60,488 bases of DNA from Alphaproteobacteria bacterium (GCA_031362385.1 JANLSL010000273.1:1-60488), one strand, 5' to 3'. Counted from the first letter of the stretch, positions 37,355 through 46,201 are shown. Numbers and translations are program-made. The notes: a model not told the origin generated them from the letters alone.

Positions 37355-37969
37355 TTATCTCCTCTTTTCAACCCATCGCTGACCAGCTTCGTGCATTTTC
37401 ACGAGCATGTTTCGACACGCATTTTCCACTGATAATCGAACCTCAGGTTCGAACGCTCCTGTTGGATCAACCTCTTGGGCAACATCGAGCGCCGCCGATT
37501 GGATGGTCTGCAAAAAGTCGATGAAATCTCGGATTGATGAATCCTTGTCCATCGTTCCGGCGCTCGCCTCTTTTTCCTTTCGGATGCTGGCGGCGATCTT
37601 CACGAGTTTGTCGAGCCGGTCGATCGACATTGAGTTTTCACTGCCAGCCTCATCGGGGATTATGAATCCCGTCAAACTTGCTTCGCGCCGAAGCCTGGCC
37701 TGCCCTACCTCGATCCGCTCTTTCGCACGGCGGATCATGTGTTCAATAACCTTGATCACTTTGAACTGCCATTTCACACCCTCGGCGCCTCGGCGCTGAA
37801 TCGGGAACTTCGCGTCCTTCTCGATATGTGTAACCAACAAGCCGCGCCAAGTCAGGCCGACAATCTTCGCCATAACCTCGGCGGAGACAACATCCTTGGG
37901 CGATGAAACTTTTTTCGCCGCTTCAAGCCGTCTGATCAATTCTGTGGGGTCGCCGAGCGGTCGTGCCAT
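37355..37969 (-). CDS. terS: Terminase small subunit, Nu1-like
   Basis: N-terminal winged-HTH-like segment (MAKIVGLTWRGLLVTHIEKDAKFPIQRRG..GVKWQF) and a coiled-coil C-terminus; directly upstream of TerL. Confidence 0.7.
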   Translation of the reverse strand: MARPLGDPTELIRRLEAAKKVSSPKDVVSAEVMAKIVGLTWRGLLVTHIEKDAKFPIQRRGAEGVKWQFKVIKVIEHMIRRAKERIEVGQARLRREASLTGFIIPDEAGSENSMSIDRLDKLVKIAASIRKEKEASAGTMDKDSSIRDFIDFLQTIQSAALDVAQEVDPTGAFEPEVRLSVENACRNMLVKMHEAGQRWVEKRR

Positions 37970-38100
37970 GCGTTATCGCTCGACCTCAAAAGTGGCGGAA
38001 ATCCTTGATGTTGTGCTTGTTTTTCGCAGCGCCACAATATCTGGGCGCGCAACATGAATTGGTGTGTAGATACTTTGTGCGGGCCACTTGTCAATATCCC

Positions 38101-38736
38101 TCATGCGAGAAGCCCCGCAGCGGCCGCATGAAGGTCCGCTTCATCGACCTGTCTCTCTGCCCAATCCTTCGCATTCGGCCATAGGTCGATGGCGTCGATC
38201 AGGATGCGGCGGGCCTTGCGTTTGTGTATTCGGTGTATCTTCGCCGCAGTCGAATAGGCCATCGGATCGCCCGCGAGCATGTCCAACACGGCAGCGATAG
38301 GTTTCGGAGCGCGGACCCGCCACCAGCCATAGGCCATTTCGAGACGCACCCAGCGGATGCCCTCGATCAGCACCGTCGGCACATTCATCGAGCGATCGAT
38401 GCGCGGTTCGTAATTCACGATGCCGCAACCGACCTCGCGCTGGATCCGCTCTGTGACCGAGGCAATCTCGTTGGCGTCGGCAAGTTGGTCCGCGTTGATG
38501 TGACCTGCCATGTAAAACCTGACCAGCGCACCTTCACGGGTTCGGCTGGCGTGAAAGTGGGTTTGCCATGAACCTTCCCGCTTGTGACTGAACTCAGCCG
38601 CCGCGTGGTGACGATCTCGGGCCATGATGATCTCGGCACGGGGCAACGGTTTTGGCCCAAGCATGGTGCGAGGCGTGTAAACCCCGCTCGGGCGCACTGG
38701 TTTGTCGAAGTTTTTTGGTGGTATATCACCCATCAT
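38101..38736 (-). CDS. Putative DNA-binding / late regulator protein (start uncertain)
   Basis: ATG-ATG at 38736/38733 (track start 38904 is TTG); C-terminal HTH-like STAAKIHRIHKRKARRILIDAI; last gene before TerS. Confidence 0.5.
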   Translation of the reverse strand: MMGDIPPKNFDKPVRPSGVYTPRTMLGPKPLPRAEIIMARDRHHAAAEFSHKREGSWQTHFHASRTREGALVRFYMAGHINADQLADANEIASVTERIQREVGCGIVNYEPRIDRSMNVPTVLIEGIRWVRLEMAYGWWRVRAPKPIAAVLDMLAGDPMAYSTAAKIHRIHKRKARRILIDAIDLWPNAKDWAERQVDEADLHAAAAGLLA

Positions 38737-38904
38737 CAAAAAACCTTTTTCCCGAATACCCGCATCGCGAAAATCCAGCGATGATTTAGCCTGCACACCA
38801 TCAGCCCTGACGTTCGCCAATACGGTTTGTCGGGAGACCGCCCGAACTGCCAAAATTTTTCGTTTGAGCGATATTGTCTGAAATGGAACGGGCCGAACGA
38901 CCAA

Positions 38905-39123
38905 TTATGCCGCATTGCGCCCTCCTTGATCCCTTTTCCCAAACAGTCTGTTTGCCATCGCAATCAGGAATTCCCGGTCTTCCCATGTGTGCAGCTTCGC
39001 AGGGTCGATCATCACGATGCCCATTTCGCGCCATGCGCGGGTTGAGGCGCCCCAGGCGGCGGCGTCCTGCGGTTCCTGCGACAAGTGCGCGATGCTGGCG
39101 AGAGAGGAGCGGTAGCCGGTCAA
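38905..39123 (-). CDS. Hypothetical small protein
   Basis: TTG start only; weak support. Confidence 0.3.
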   Translation of the reverse strand: MTGYRSSLASIAHLSQEPQDAAAWGASTRAWREMGIVMIDPAKLHTWEDREFLIAMANRLFGKRDQGGRNAA

Positions 39124-39294
39124 ACCAAGCGCCCTTGCCGCCTGTATTGCAGTTTCATGTTGCCGGCAGGATCATAAACCCATTCAAGTTCAGGCCGACT
39201 GCAACGGATATTGGCGGCGGCTAGAAATTCAGGTGAGACATAAGCGAAACGGGGACCGCTATCGCTCACTTCGGTTGAGCGGCGGGAAAGTGGA

Positions 39295-40047
39295 TTACTG
39301 GTCATAATTTCCCTCCAACGCTTTCTGAAAATTGGCCTTTTTGAATATCCAGTCGAACGTGCATCGCTGCCAGCCGGTATCGCCGCGCAGGAACGGACTC
39401 CGTTCAACCTTGCCGAAAACCGAGACAAAATCGTCAATGTCGTATTGGGCTATTCGGGCTTTTAGGAGTTGGCGGCGCTCCGGTGTCAGGTCTCTAACTT
39501 TGGGCTTGCCAAGCCTTCCAGCGACTTCGTTCCACCTGTCCCGAATGTGCTCCGGTAAGAGAATTTCAGATTGAGCCTGCGACTCGGGTGGATCGTCAGA
39601 TCCACAAACACCGTCAGGTGTTACTTCTTCTCCTCTCCCTCCTCCATCCTCCATCTGAAATGGTTTTTCCTCTTTTGGGGGAAATGGTTCGGAAGTCGGT
39701 TCGGTTAAACCAACGTAATTTCTCATTTCATCGGTAATAGGATGAATGTCGTTCGGAGTTTTGGGCTTCTGAAACTTGCGAAAATTCCGAATTGCGCCGA
39801 AGTGACGGCCGCCAATTTCGTAATTTCTAACAGCGTCAGCGGCGAGTAATTCGGAAAGCAGTTCGCCCACATCGAGGTTGTCAGCCGGGAATATCCGCAT
39901 TTTGAGCGTGAGTGTTTTCCACTCAAATATTCCTTTATCATCAGCCTCTATCCCCAGGCCGATAAACAGCATTCGCGCGCCCATACTGGTTTCAACCATG
40001 CGCTCATCGGTAAAGAATCCTGGGTGTACGGAACGGATGCGGCTCAT
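39295..40047 (-). CDS. Replication initiation / replisome-organizer-like protein
   Basis: N-terminus MSRIRSVHPGFFTDE... and C-terminus ...RCTFDWIFKKANFQKALEGNY resemble replication-organizer proteins of alphaproteobacterial prophages (recognition from memory). Confidence 0.55.
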   Translation of the reverse strand: MSRIRSVHPGFFTDERMVETSMGARMLFIGLGIEADDKGIFEWKTLTLKMRIFPADNLDVGELLSELLAADAVRNYEIGGRHFGAIRNFRKFQKPKTPNDIHPITDEMRNYVGLTEPTSEPFPPKEEKPFQMEDGGGRGEEVTPDGVCGSDDPPESQAQSEILLPEHIRDRWNEVAGRLGKPKVRDLTPERRQLLKARIAQYDIDDFVSVFGKVERSPFLRGDTGWQRCTFDWIFKKANFQKALEGNYDQ

Positions 40048-40163
40048 TCAGATTCTTCCTCTTCAATCCATTCTTCCATGGCTTCGCGCCAGTTGGTCCA
40101 ATTGCGCGAAGTCCGGGCTAGGTCTTTCAATGCCTCGATATGAATGCCCGCGTCGAAGGCGCG

Positions 40164-40826
40164 TTAGAGTAATTGGATCGCCATGTAGTCGATACAATTG
40201 TGGCGATTTCGAACGATTGCCCTCACATAGAAAAGGTCTTTCATGTGTGGTTTGCCAGCATATTTTTGCTGAGACGCGATGACGCGAACGGTCATGTTGA
40301 AGGCAACGCCGGCAAGGCGATTGTTTTCCTCATGGTCCGTAGAGCCGGTCTTGTAGTAGGTGTCTAAGGCCGATTGCAGGGCATCTAAAAGTGCGTTGAG
40401 ATGGTGCTTCTTTAACCATTTGCGAACTGTGGCCCGACCAAATTCATTGAGGGAGGAATTTGTCGTCTTTTCAAATTCAGCGTTGAAAGCATCGATCTTT
40501 AGATCGTCGATCTGGACTAACCCTTCGCGCCACGCGAGTATCATTTCCAACTGCTCTCGGCGCTCGTTCAATTCGTCGAGTTGGGCGCGTTGCTTTGCGA
40601 TGGCGGTGTTATCATCTAACCGCCGCGCTCCTTTTCCAAGGTTACAATCGACGCAAGCGGTCAACAGATTCATTATTTCGTTGCCGCCGCCGCCAGCCAC
40701 AGGATTTATGTGCTCCAAATGTAGGATCACATCTGGCGCTTTTTTTCCACAATACTGGCAAGTGAACGCATCCCGCTTGAACACTTCGAAGCGGGTTGAC
40801 TTTGAAATTGGCTTACGGGCTGGCAT
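40164..40826 (-). CDS. HNH endonuclease (220 aa)
   Basis: FTCQYCGKK...HLEHINPVAGGG...LLTACVDCNLGK. Confidence 0.8.
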   Translation of the reverse strand: MPARKPISKSTRFEVFKRDAFTCQYCGKKAPDVILHLEHINPVAGGGGNEIMNLLTACVDCNLGKGARRLDDNTAIAKQRAQLDELNERREQLEMILAWREGLVQIDDLKIDAFNAEFEKTTNSSLNEFGRATVRKWLKKHHLNALLDALQSALDTYYKTGSTDHEENNRLAGVAFNMTVRVIASQQKYAGKPHMKDLFYVRAIVRNRHNCIDYMAIQLL

Positions 40827-41155
40827 TAGACTGTCTCCATTTCGTGACAGCCGTATGTATTAGCGGCATTTTTGGGGGATTCTACAAGGGGGTGCGAAAA
40901 AGACAGGGATAACTTTTCCAGATGATAGCGAATGGTTTTGCGGTCGCGATTGAGCGTGTGCGCAATCCGGTCGATCTGCATTGAATGGTCGCGGCGCATG
41001 GAGATAACCGCCGACTGGAATGCCGGGACGTGGGCCTTCGGTAGTCGCGGCATCTCGCGAACGGTATCAAGGCATAAACCAGCCCGCGCGACCTCATAGG
41101 CCGCAGATATGGCGTCAGAGATGCGCTCGCGCTCGGATACTTTGCGCCGTGTCAC
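40826..41155 (-). CDS. Hypothetical HTH protein (109 aa)
   Basis: GTGA/TAATG coupling; ...IDRIAHTLNRDRKTIRYHLEKL is HTH-like. Confidence 0.5.
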   Translation of the reverse strand: MTRRKVSERERISDAISAAYEVARAGLCLDTVREMPRLPKAHVPAFQSAVISMRRDHSMQIDRIAHTLNRDRKTIRYHLEKLSLSFSHPLVESPKNAANTYGCHEMETV

Positions 41156-41772
41156 GCCGCCACCCGCGCGCGATACCGATCGGCCCGCTGCAACAATTCA
41201 TCGGGCGTATAGACCGCGTTCCCGATGCGCCAAAACTCGCCTTTTTCGTCATACCCGCCAGCCTCTCGACACCGAAAAACAGCCCACCGCTCGGCACGGA
41301 TCACATCGGCAGCATGGTCGAAGATCGTCTTTATCCGGTTGTCCTGGTGGTGGAATTTCGTCGGCGCTCCCAACTGACTCAGGTTTTTGACTTGTTTTGG
41401 CGCGCGTGCCTTGTTGCGTGTATCGGGTCGCGGTGTTGCCTTGCGCTTTTCGTGGTGATTCTTGCCGTCCCGATCATAAGCAATCGGCGTGATGCCGGTT
41501 TGTGCAACCCAGCGCGCCACAACCTTGCGGTCAACGTCTTGTATCCGCGCGATCTCGGTCACGGTATGCTTGGCACAGAGTCCGGCAAAATTGAACGGCA
41601 ACGAGTGAACCCGCTTGTCCTGCACTATTTTCGCGCCGGTCTCGTCAACCCATCGCTGGATCGTCGGATAGGCGGCGCGATAATGTTTGCATAATGCGTG
41701 GATCGTGTTGCCGGTCGCTATGGCAACAAAATCAAGCGGGCGATGCCGTTGTAGAATGGTGCGCGGGTTCAT
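41152..41772 (-). CDS. Hypothetical DNA-binding protein (206 aa)
   Basis: ATGA overlap at 41772-41769; two HTH-like segments. Confidence 0.55.
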   Translation of the reverse strand: MNPRTILQRHRPLDFVAIATGNTIHALCKHYRAAYPTIQRWVDETGAKIVQDKRVHSLPFNFAGLCAKHTVTEIARIQDVDRKVVARWVAQTGITPIAYDRDGKNHHEKRKATPRPDTRNKARAPKQVKNLSQLGAPTKFHHQDNRIKTIFDHAADVIRAERWAVFRCREAGGYDEKGEFWRIGNAVYTPDELLQRADRYRARVAA

Positions 41773-41954
41773 CCCATTCTCCCCAACTGGCAATCCAGCA
41801 CCGCTTTTTGCCTCAGGACGGCATCACGGCGCTTCTTGGCTAGTGCGTTGCCACCGGCGCTCAGTTTGGTGCGCAGGACGGAGTTAACAGCCCTCTCGGC
41901 GGCAAGGGCGCGCCGGGTTGGCATGAGGCGAGTGAGGATGGTGGAGAGGGTCAT
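41769..41954 (-). CDS. Hypothetical small protein (61 aa)
   Basis: ATGA overlaps at both ends. Confidence 0.45.
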   Translation of the reverse strand: MTLSTILTRLMPTRRALAAERAVNSVLRTKLSAGGNALAKKRRDAVLRQKAVLDCQLGRMG

Positions 41955-42532
41955 GCCGCCTTCCAATCAAGGAAACCGAGTGTTGGCGGCCCTGAGTGCG
42001 AATGCTCCCAAACAAACCATGCAAAGGCGATGACGCCATGCCCGTCGCCTTCTTCCTGTAATTTCCCGCGCTGCATCGGAACGCGCCGCGACATGATCCA
42101 CACCCGAGCCAAAGGGGTGTTAGGGAACCATTTGCCGCGCTCTACACCTTCAAGAAAAGCGAGCCGCAGGAACAGCGCGACCTTGCCAGTGGTGAGTTGC
42201 AGCGCGCGATCGGTAAATTCTATCGCCCAACGGAACGGTGGGTTGGTGACGATGTTCGGAGCAAGTGGTTGCCACTCCATAAGGAAATCTCGGTTGCCTT
42301 CGCCATAGCCGCGGTCGATCAGATCGGTCGAAATAACATCGTATCCGCCAGCCTCTAGGACACGCGACATATCCCCTTCACCGCATGAAGGTTCCCATAT
42401 CGCGCCGTCGAATTTCTCGACCTTCAACAGTGCGCGCGTGGCACCGGGATGGGTCGGATAGAAATCATGCTCTTCGCGATTCTTTGGATCATCGGTCTGG
42501 GCCGACGCATAGACTGCTCCACCCTGTCTCAT
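41951..42532 (-). CDS. DNA methyltransferase (NPPF motif; N6-adenine or N4-cytosine type)
   Basis: WEPSCGEG (SAM-binding motif I) followed by IVTNPPF (motif IV); ATGA overlap with the RuvC-like gene. Confidence 0.75.
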   Translation of the reverse strand: MRQGGAVYASAQTDDPKNREEHDFYPTHPGATRALLKVEKFDGAIWEPSCGEGDMSRVLEAGGYDVISTDLIDRGYGEGNRDFLMEWQPLAPNIVTNPPFRWAIEFTDRALQLTTGKVALFLRLAFLEGVERGKWFPNTPLARVWIMSRRVPMQRGKLQEEGDGHGVIAFAWFVWEHSHSGPPTLGFLDWKAA

Positions 42533-43080
42533 CCGACCATCCCCAGCGCAGGCCGCAGAATCTCTCCACGTCGCCACGGCGGAATAATATCCTGTTCAAA
42601 GCAGGCATGGTCCAAAATGCCCAAGGAATCGGCTTCGTCATCGTTGCGCGGGCGGAAACCAAGTTGCTGGCACCGCTCCATCGCGAAATCTTTCAGATCC
42701 TTGCGCTTGTGACCGCGCCCGATATTACCGAAGAACGACCGGCGCCACGCTGTCATGTTGACCGGGCGCACGATCCGGCAGCCCATTGCGTGCCCCCAGC
42801 TATCGGCATGGGCAATCAAGCCGGCGGCAAGTTTGATCGCATGGACATTGGTATTTCGCGCGCCTGGCAGGATGTTGATCGCGTCTTCGTAATAGATTGC
42901 TTCGATGCGACCGAGAGAATTGAGTTCGCTGATATTCTGGTGGAGTTTGGCGAAGACGGCGCCATTCGACGTGAACGGGCTGCCAAGCACCCAATGACCG
43001 AAAGCAGGTTTCGGATCACCGGGAGCCCAGCAGGCCCATCCTGTGCTGGTTTTAGATAAGTCGAGCGCCAGTATCCGCAC
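42529..43080 (-). CDS. RuvC-like Holliday junction resolvase
   Basis: MRILALDLSKTSTGWA..., ...IYYEDA..., ...NDDEADS... acidic catalytic pattern. Confidence 0.8.
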   Translation of the reverse strand: MRILALDLSKTSTGWACWAPGDPKPAFGHWVLGSPFTSNGAVFAKLHQNISELNSLGRIEAIYYEDAINILPGARNTNVHAIKLAAGLIAHADSWGHAMGCRIVRPVNMTAWRRSFFGNIGRGHKRKDLKDFAMERCQQLGFRPRNDDEADSLGILDHACFEQDIIPPWRRGEILRPALGMVG

Positions 43081-43505
43081 TATTCAGCGCCGTCTGCCAG
43101 ATCTGTATCACCTTCAACGGCGGGCGGGATTGTTACCAGCGTTGGCTTGGGGCGTTCACCGCTCGGAATGACATCGCCAGCCGCAGCGCCTTGAGCCGCG
43201 TCAACCAGATCGCTCGGCATGAAGATGCGCAATTCCTTGAGCAATCCGTTCAGCCCGCGCAGGAAATCGTCGCGCTTCGATTCTTCCATGCCGTCGAGTT
43301 TGAACGCCAGTTTGGCGGCGCCAGATTGGATATGGCACTGCTTTTTCAGGAATTTATACGCTGTCGAAAGTTCCTGGCTGTGTTCTCCGACCTTGCCGAC
43401 GGCCGGCTTAATGTCTTCGCGATAGACCTTGAGGGCCGTCTTGAAATCCATTTTGGGGACTTCGCCGCCGCCTTCGTCGGGCTGTTTTCGTGCTGGTCGT
43501 GCCAT
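43080..43505 (-). CDS. Hypothetical early protein (141 aa)
   Basis: ATG 43505 lies 7 nt after GGAG. Confidence 0.55.
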   Translation of the reverse strand: MARPARKQPDEGGGEVPKMDFKTALKVYREDIKPAVGKVGEHSQELSTAYKFLKKQCHIQSGAAKLAFKLDGMEESKRDDFLRGLNGLLKELRIFMPSDLVDAAQGAAAGDVIPSGERPKPTLVTIPPAVEGDTDLADGAE

Positions 43506-43617
43506 CGTCATTCTCCTTCGGTTGAACAAAATCGGCGGGCAAAGATTGAACAGGAGCCGGTTGAATGCCGGAGGATGGCCCGCTTCCCCTCCCGCCTGTT
43601 AAGGTGAATACCAAACC

Positions 43618-43974
43618 TCATCGATGCTCTTTCGCAGCCGCCTCTGCGGGGGATTCGAGTTGCTTGCGCGCATCGCGGGCAATCGCTGCCATCTTGCGCG
43701 ATGCTGAATTTGCCTTGGGTGTTTCGAGCGCGATGATGGCGTTCAGCTTTTGGCCCATGACAAGACAGACCGAAATGTAATCAATGTGAAGACTGCTATG
43801 TGCGGCGGTGGCGACCGACAATTGTTTGCGCGCCGTAACCAACGCCTTCTCGGCGTCGTTCAAATGATTGATCAGATCGTTCTCATCTTTGACCGAGCTC
43901 AGGCCGAAGAATCGCCTCACCGATGCGCCAGCCCGAGCAAGCGAGCCGTCGCGGTAAATTTTGGTCTTGGTCAT
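43618..43974 (-). CDS. Hypothetical early protein (118 aa)
   Basis: ORF in the leftward early operon. Confidence 0.55.
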   Translation of the reverse strand: MTKTKIYRDGSLARAGASVRRFFGLSSVKDENDLINHLNDAEKALVTARKQLSVATAAHSSLHIDYISVCLVMGQKLNAIIALETPKANSASRKMAAIARDARKQLESPAEAAAKEHR

Positions 43975-43996
43975 ATTGGCCCCTGGGTTTGGAGTT

Positions 43997-44299
43997 TCAG
44001 GTTGTGTGGCGGTTGATCAGTGCGAGTTGGTAAGCATCAGGCCAGCCACGAAGGGCGACCGGGAGTGTGTCGAGTTCAAGGCATTCTGCGCAGTCGCAGC
44101 GATCAATTTGGGGCGGAAAAGCGGTGACAATCGCCTCCCCGCCCCGTTCGTCGGTTCCGGTAATAGAGCGACCCAAAGGAGCCTCCGACGAAACTGTGCC
44201 ATCCTGATACGAACCGGGCGTTAACCATTGACTTGGGTTGAAGCGCGCTACGGGAGGGTTGACATTGGATGGATGTTGACTTTTTCGAATCATGGTCAT
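43997..44299 (-). CDS. Hypothetical early protein (100 aa)
   Basis: ATGA overlap with the Cro-like gene stop. Confidence 0.5.
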   Translation of the reverse strand: MTMIRKSQHPSNVNPPVARFNPSQWLTPGSYQDGTVSSEAPLGRSITGTDERGGEAIVTAFPPQIDRCDCAECLELDTLPVALRGWPDAYQLALINRHTT

Positions 44300-44499
44300 G
44301 CGGCCTGCTTTGCAGTCTCATGGGCGACATATTCTGCCATGAATGTCCGGACCCTGGCCTCAGTCTCGGGCCAAACCCTTCGTCCGCTTTCAATCTGCCC
44401 GACAAATGCCTTGTCGTTCAAAGCGAGGAATCCGAAGCGCGTAACAGCCATTTTGTGCCGTTCGCAGAAAGAGATGATGTCGTGATGCAAGCTGTTCAT
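44296..44499 (-). CDS. Small Cro-like regulator (67 aa)
   Basis: First gene of the leftward operon, divergent from the repressor; MNSLHHDIISFCERHKMAVTRFGFLALNDKAFVGQIESG is HTH-like. Confidence 0.6.
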   Translation of the reverse strand: MNSLHHDIISFCERHKMAVTRFGFLALNDKAFVGQIESGRRVWPETEARVRTFMAEYVAHETAKQAA

Positions 44500-44506
44500 G
44501 GTGTGC

Positions 44507-44535
44507 TTGATATGTTGGATATAACCAACCGTCAA
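44507..44535 (-). promoter_or_regulatory. Leftward early promoter candidate
   Basis: Minus strand TTGACG - 17 nt - TATCAA. The spacer is the O1 palindrome. The -10 ends 7 nt before the Cro-like ATG, so the mRNA would be nearly leaderless. Confidence 0.5.
44514..44529. promoter_or_regulatory. Operator-like palindrome O1 GTTGGATATAACCAAC
   Basis: GTTGG-N6-CCAAC dyad in the divergent intergenic region. Confidence 0.55.
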
Positions 44536-44589
44536 GGTGGGATACAACCCCGCTTCAATTTTTTGTTCGCGAGGACGAATACCGTTCCC

Positions 44590-45216
44590 ATGGGCGAGAT
44601 GATCGACATGAAATCCTTGCGGGCAAATTTGCGCCGCATCATGGCGTCGAAGAGTGTAAAACCCACATCTCTCTCGTTGCAGATCGGGCCTTCCAAAACC
44701 TTGGTGAAGGATCTTCTGGAAAAGAACGATGACGTTCGGCTTGGCACGCTGGTTAAACTTGCGGATGCCCTGTCCGTTTCTCTCGATGATCTACTTGCCC
44801 TGCCGCGCGTTCCTATCGCGGGAAGCATTGGTGCTGGCGGTCAAATTGCCTATGAGGACGTTGGAGAGGCATTCGAACCCGATATGAGTGTGTCGCGACC
44901 GCCTGGAATAAGCGGAAAACTGATCGCGCTCATGGTGCGCGGTGAATCGATGCTTCCGCGCTACAAGGATGGGGATATTCTCTATGTCCAGCGAGAGCAT
45001 GACGGAGTTCTGCCCGCCTATATCGGCGAGGACTGCGCCGTGCGGCTTTCGACAGGGGAAACATTCGTCAAACAACTCAACTATGGCTCGCGACCGGGTG
45101 TGTTCACATTGATGTCGCTCAATGCCGCTCCAATGGTTGATGTTGAAATTGAGTGGGCCACGCTTATCTTGTTTGTTCTACCAGGCGCAGCCCGGAGGCT
45201 CGGGCAATATAACTAA
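44590..45216 (+). CDS. CI/LexA-type repressor (HTH plus S24 peptidase domain)
   Basis: N-terminal XRE-type HTH (PTSLSLQIGPSKTLVKDLL); C-terminal ...MVRGESMLPRYKDGDILYV... and ...FVKQL... matching the Ser/Lys autocleavage fold; start is one of ATG 44590, 44599 or 44608. Confidence 0.85.
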   Translation: MGEMIDMKSLRANLRRIMASKSVKPTSLSLQIGPSKTLVKDLLEKNDDVRLGTLVKLADALSVSLDDLLALPRVPIAGSIGAGGQIAYEDVGEAFEPDMSVSRPPGISGKLIALMVRGESMLPRYKDGDILYVQREHDGVLPAYIGEDCAVRLSTGETFVKQLNYGSRPGVFTLMSLNAAPMVDVEIEWATLILFVLPGAARRLGQYN

Positions 45217-45230
45217 TCTGAGGATTTCCG

Positions 45231-45584
45231 ATGATTTTACTGGCATTGCTGGCAGCGACGGCGATCGATCCGGTTGCCGAAAAATTCCTTCGCTACGACC
45301 TTTTCGATTACGATTCCGCCAAGATTGAGGTCATCCGAGAGCCGTATGCCGACACGTTCACGCCGGCAAAGGGATGGTTTGAAAAGACAAAGCCCGAGCC
45401 GTTCGCGATCTCGGTTCAATGCTACCGGATCAATAGCAAAAACCGCATGGGCGGATACACAGGCTGGAACAACTATCTACTGATATTCAGGGACAATGAT
45501 CTCTGGTTTCAGGCTCATAGTCCGACTCAGGGATACCAGAATCCTGAGATTACAAAGAGATGCGTCACTCCCTCTGCAAAATAA
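45231..45584 (+). CDS. Exported protein co-transcribed with the repressor (117 aa)
   Basis: GAGGA upstream; hydrophobic leader MILLALLAATAI. Confidence 0.6.
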   Translation: MILLALLAATAIDPVAEKFLRYDLFDYDSAKIEVIREPYADTFTPAKGWFEKTKPEPFAISVQCYRINSKNRMGGYTGWNNYLLIFRDNDLWFQAHSPTQGYQNPEITKRCVTPSAK

Positions 45585-45600
45585 GTTGGATGCCGCCAAC
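45585..45600. promoter_or_regulatory. Operator-like palindrome O2 GTTGGATGCCGCCAAC (also a terminator-like hairpin followed by TTTATTTT)
   Basis: Same GTTGG-N6-CCAAC dyad directly after the immunity operon. Confidence 0.5.
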
Positions 45601-45618
45601 TTTATTTTCATTGCCATG

Positions 45619-45647
45619 TTGACAAGGTTGGATTTAACCTACTAATT
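45619..45647 (+). promoter_or_regulatory. Rightward early promoter candidate
   Basis: TTGACA (45619-45624) - 17 nt - CTAATT (45642-45647). Confidence 0.5.
45627..45642. promoter_or_regulatory. Operator-like site O3 GTTGGATTTAACCTAC
   Basis: One mismatch to the dyad; lies in the promoter spacer. Confidence 0.45.
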
Positions 45648-45683
45648 GTGCCCATCGCCAATCAAGGCGGTGGAGAGCGTCAA

Positions 45684-45917
45684 GTGTCAGACCCCCAAAC
45701 ACAATCCGCCGAAAAGAAGTATCCGGCCAAAAAGGCTCCTGCGGCATTACCTCCTGTAATGGCAGTTGGTATCTGCAAGGCGGGCAAGGTCATTGGGCTT
45801 TCAACGCCAACCGTTAGAAAGTTGGTGAACGAGGGAAAACTTAGGTCCGTTCGCGTTGGCGGTCGCGTTCTGATTCCTATGAGCTCGCTCGCGGCATTGC
45901 TGGGCGAGGTTGCGTGA
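45684..45917 (+). CDS. Excisionase/AlpA-family HTH protein (77 aa)
   Basis: ...GLSTPTVRKLVNEGKLRSVRVGGRVLIPMSSL...; GTG 45684 lies 6 nt after GGTGGAGAG. Confidence 0.55.
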   Translation: MSDPQTQSAEKKYPAKKAPAALPPVMAVGICKAGKVIGLSTPTVRKLVNEGKLRSVRVGGRVLIPMSSLAALLGEVA

Positions 45918-46201
45918 TGTCAACCCAAACACAATCCGCAGAAGGCCACATCTATAAGGGCTGGACCTGTCAGACTGAGCCCGAGGAAGACGGTGACGGC
46001 TTCACGGCTACGCTTTGGTTCGCGACCCATGAAGATGGCACGCGCCAAGACTTAGACTGGTCGCGGTTCAAACAATTCGAAGCACGCCATTTCGAGATCA
46101 TGATCGATCACGGCTTCCCGCATTATTACGGCGGATCATGGCTTCCGGTATCGCTGATCAACTTTGCAGCGAATGCGCCGAAGCGGAGTCTGGCAGCATG
46201 A
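45917..46201 (+). CDS. Hypothetical protein (94 aa)
   Basis: TGATG coupling. Confidence 0.55.
   Translation: MSTQTQSAEGHIYKGWTCQTEPEEDGDGFTATLWFATHEDGTRQDLDWSRFKQFEARHFEIMIDHGFPHYYGGSWLPVSLINFAANAPKRSLAA

Noticed and set aside
44269-44589. N-terminal 107 codons of track ORF 44269..45216 (repressor)
   Set aside because: This extension would run through the divergent promoter/operator region and the Cro-like gene on the other strand. The HTH domain begins right after the ATG cluster at 44590-44608.
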